Shown here: positions 61,940-64,000 of the stretch, in pieces
Layout of the letters: every line of letters begins with the position of its first letter
Numbering within the stretch: position 1 is the first letter of the stretch
Assembly: GCA_000934665.2 (NCBI GenBank)
Contig: KZ538074.1
Span: 62,001-126,000 of the forward strand
Direction of reading: 5' to 3'
DNA length: 64,000 nucleotides
Source: Catajapyx aquilonaris
Lineage: Eukaryota
Position numbers and translations under genes: made by a program
The notes under the pieces: model-generated
What the model saw: only the letters and a program-made list of their open reading frames with translations
The model's database searches: none
Told to the model about the DNA's origin: nothing

Positions 61940-62270
61940 GGGGAGGTGGAGTGGTGCTGCGGTAACGCACGCGCCCACGGATGTTAAGGTCCCGGGTTCG
62001 ATCCCAGCCCGAGGTTCCCCCCTTCATCTCGTACAGAGTTGGGCCATCTGTGGCTTTGTCTTGGGTGGAAATTTCCGCTAGACTAATCCACCCGGGGGAG
62101 TTCACAAAATGACCAATATACGACATTGCACTTGCACTTTGCACATCCCCCTCCTACTTACCCTTGGAACAATTAAATACATTCAGTGTATGGTTCCAAA
62201 CAAATGGTGGTATCCCACTCCCCTAACAAGGGCCTAGAGCCTGATAATGGGGTACAGTAAAAATAATAAT
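61940..62270 (+). mobile_element. SINE family 2
   Basis: Head ggggaggtggagtggtgctgcggtaacg...gggttcgatccc; body matches 7867-8040; AT-rich tail. Confidence 0.8.
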
Positions 62271-62472
62271 AATTATTATGATGATGATGATTATTATTAT
62301 TATAAAAGTTATATTTGCTGAATGTGTATTGTATTTAAGGTTTAAAATAGAGTTATGGGGGTGGGAGGGGTCAAATTTCAACATTTTGATTGTCAGACTG
62401 TACTGAAAATGCATTTCTTGTATTTTTACCCCTCTGGAGTATAAATTGTGGGCATGCAAGATATATATCTAA

Positions 62473-62720
62473 AGCCTGCTTCACAGATTCGGCGGAAGGC
62501 TGAGGGGCGACAAGAGTGCGTTTGGGGACGTGGTTTGGGGCACGGAACCTGTGCTGTGGCAATCGCACAAGTCCATCTGGATGGACTTGAGTGATTCCCA
62601 CCGCACCAGTTTTCGCCCGCAGCGCCACCGCCGAATTTGTGAATTGCCACACTCACATTCCGCACCCCAATCGCACGTTTTCCGCTCGCTCAGCCTTCCG
62701 CCGAATTTGTGTAGTGGCCT
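62473..62720. mobile_element. Harbinger-type MITE
   Basis: TAA|AGCCTGCTTCACAGATTCGGCGGAAGGCTGAG...CTCAGCCTTCCGCCGAATTTGTGTAGTGGCCT|TAA. Confidence 0.7.
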
Positions 62721-63565
62721 TAACAAGTCAGATGTTGGTGATTTTGAGTTATTTATAGCAATAAGTAGCATTCTTCATGCTCTATTGCTTGGTGAAGTCC
62801 ATTTAGTCCTAAAAATTCATAAGCCAGAGGGCCAGGATTTTCTGTCTTGACTACCATGTAAGCAACTGCAAGGTCAAATCTTTGCCTATGGCTACCTGAG
62901 ACTGGTTTATTGGTTCGTAGATTTCTCCTGTACAGGGTGAAGGGAAACTCACGGACAATCGCCATGTAGACTGATAGTACCTGTAAAACTAATATAGGGA
63001 TGCACTAATTTGAGGAGCTGCACGCCTACACTGCAGCGAAAATTATTACTATTATTCCGAACGGATGATGAGAATGTGGATACCAACAGGCCCCAGTGAA
63101 ATAAGGAATGAATGGACCATGCCTACTAGATTTGAATTGGCTGTTTGGGAGTCTTGGTCCGCCGTGTTCCACCACGATATTCGCTGTGTGTCGCCTGTTG
63201 GTTAAAATAACTAAAGGAATGGGCCAAGCGCCAAAACTAAAGCAATGCCAGTAGTTAAGATTTCCTTGTCCGGGCACAGTTCAGATGTAATAGACCTTGT
63301 TTCGGGCACGGTAGGCTAGAGGCCAGATGATCCCTGTCGTTATTTTAACAAAGGGCACTCCTGTTTTGCTCATTTTTGGTTGGGATGTGTTGTTGGTGTT
63401 TGGTGATAGCTGTCCATGGCAAACTGAGGAAGTCAAGTTCGATAGTTTTTTTAGGGAATTATTTCTTTAGTTGAAAAACATGCTGATGCTGGAAAATATT
63501 TTGGATCTCTTTCTGAAACACCTGACACTTTGAAAATTACGATTTTTCTGCTAAGTGCAACACAC

Positions 63566-63641
63566 CGACGCCTAAGGATTATATTGTCGTATGTCGTATG
63601 TTAAAACATACGAGATACGACAATATAATCCTTAGGCGTCG
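63566..63641. repeat. 76-bp near-perfect palindrome
   Basis: cgacgcctaaggattatattgtcgtat...atacgacaatataatccttaggcgtcg, flanked by acac on both sides. Confidence 0.75.
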
Positions 63642-64000
63642 ACACCAAATAGCATTACTTTGCCCCATGAAATATTCAGGTCCTTGCACACGATCGCTTC
63701 GCTGGTTTCTCACCTGATGTTAATAGCCATCCTTCAAGTGATAAATACAACATTCGGCAATTTTCGAGAACCTATGTTTAGGACCTTAGAGCTGGATTTT
63801 TATGGGACTTAGCAAGGACCATGCAATCTCCAAAAATGACTCTGTACTTCTGGAACCCAAAATGTTGCATTCAGGCATCCCCAGTCTACAAGGCTAACAG
63901 CACAGTCGAGTTCAAGTTCTGTACATTGAGATGGGTAGGCCTCCATCTTCGCCCCCTCTCTCTGACTGGAATGACTACTACACAGACTCCACAAGCGATC

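Noticed and set aside
62705..62850. Candidate final ATG13 exon (SDVGDFELF)
   Set aside because: It overlaps a MITE end, has no good acceptor and lacks the expected K(T/P)(P/A)F...DLG.FYRE pattern.
1..64000. Remaining short ORFs in the six-frame track (e.g. 3955-4314, 10846-11139, 30964-31428, 52473-52919, 58411-58917, 60589-61131)
   Set aside because: They lie in repeats, are antisense shadows of real exons, or span N gaps or microsatellites, and they show no recognisable protein motifs.

Overview
Eukaryotic (invertebrate, probably arthropod-like) genomic DNA with GT-AG introns and two N gaps. Four genes are recognisable. CAMKMT (+) has an intronless CDS at 13131-13988. WBP4/FBP21 (+) has coding exons 28764-28991, 31451-31644 and 34321-34715. 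PGAP2 (-) has four exons across 49595-42142. ATG13 (+) has four exons from 50687, and its last exon was not found in the window. The 5' end of a fifth, unidentified minus-strand gene probably lies at 439-2714. Most of the remaining DNA is non-autonomous DNA transposons (Tc1/mariner, pogo/Tigger, hAT, piggyBac, Kolobok, Harbinger and Mutator-type ends, many fully palindromic) and four tRNA-headed SINE families, often nested. The strongest observation concerns WBP4. Its start codon appears to be split AT|G across a ~24 kb intron that contains CAMKMT on the same strand behind its own splice acceptor, so one ATG-free leader may serve two unrelated proteins. Other leads are GTAC-targeting palindromic mini-elements with an empty site visible in the window, uORF-rich leaders on ATG13 and the unknown gene, and SINEs that share or swap 3' tails. 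All calls come from reading the sequence by eye; no searches were run.
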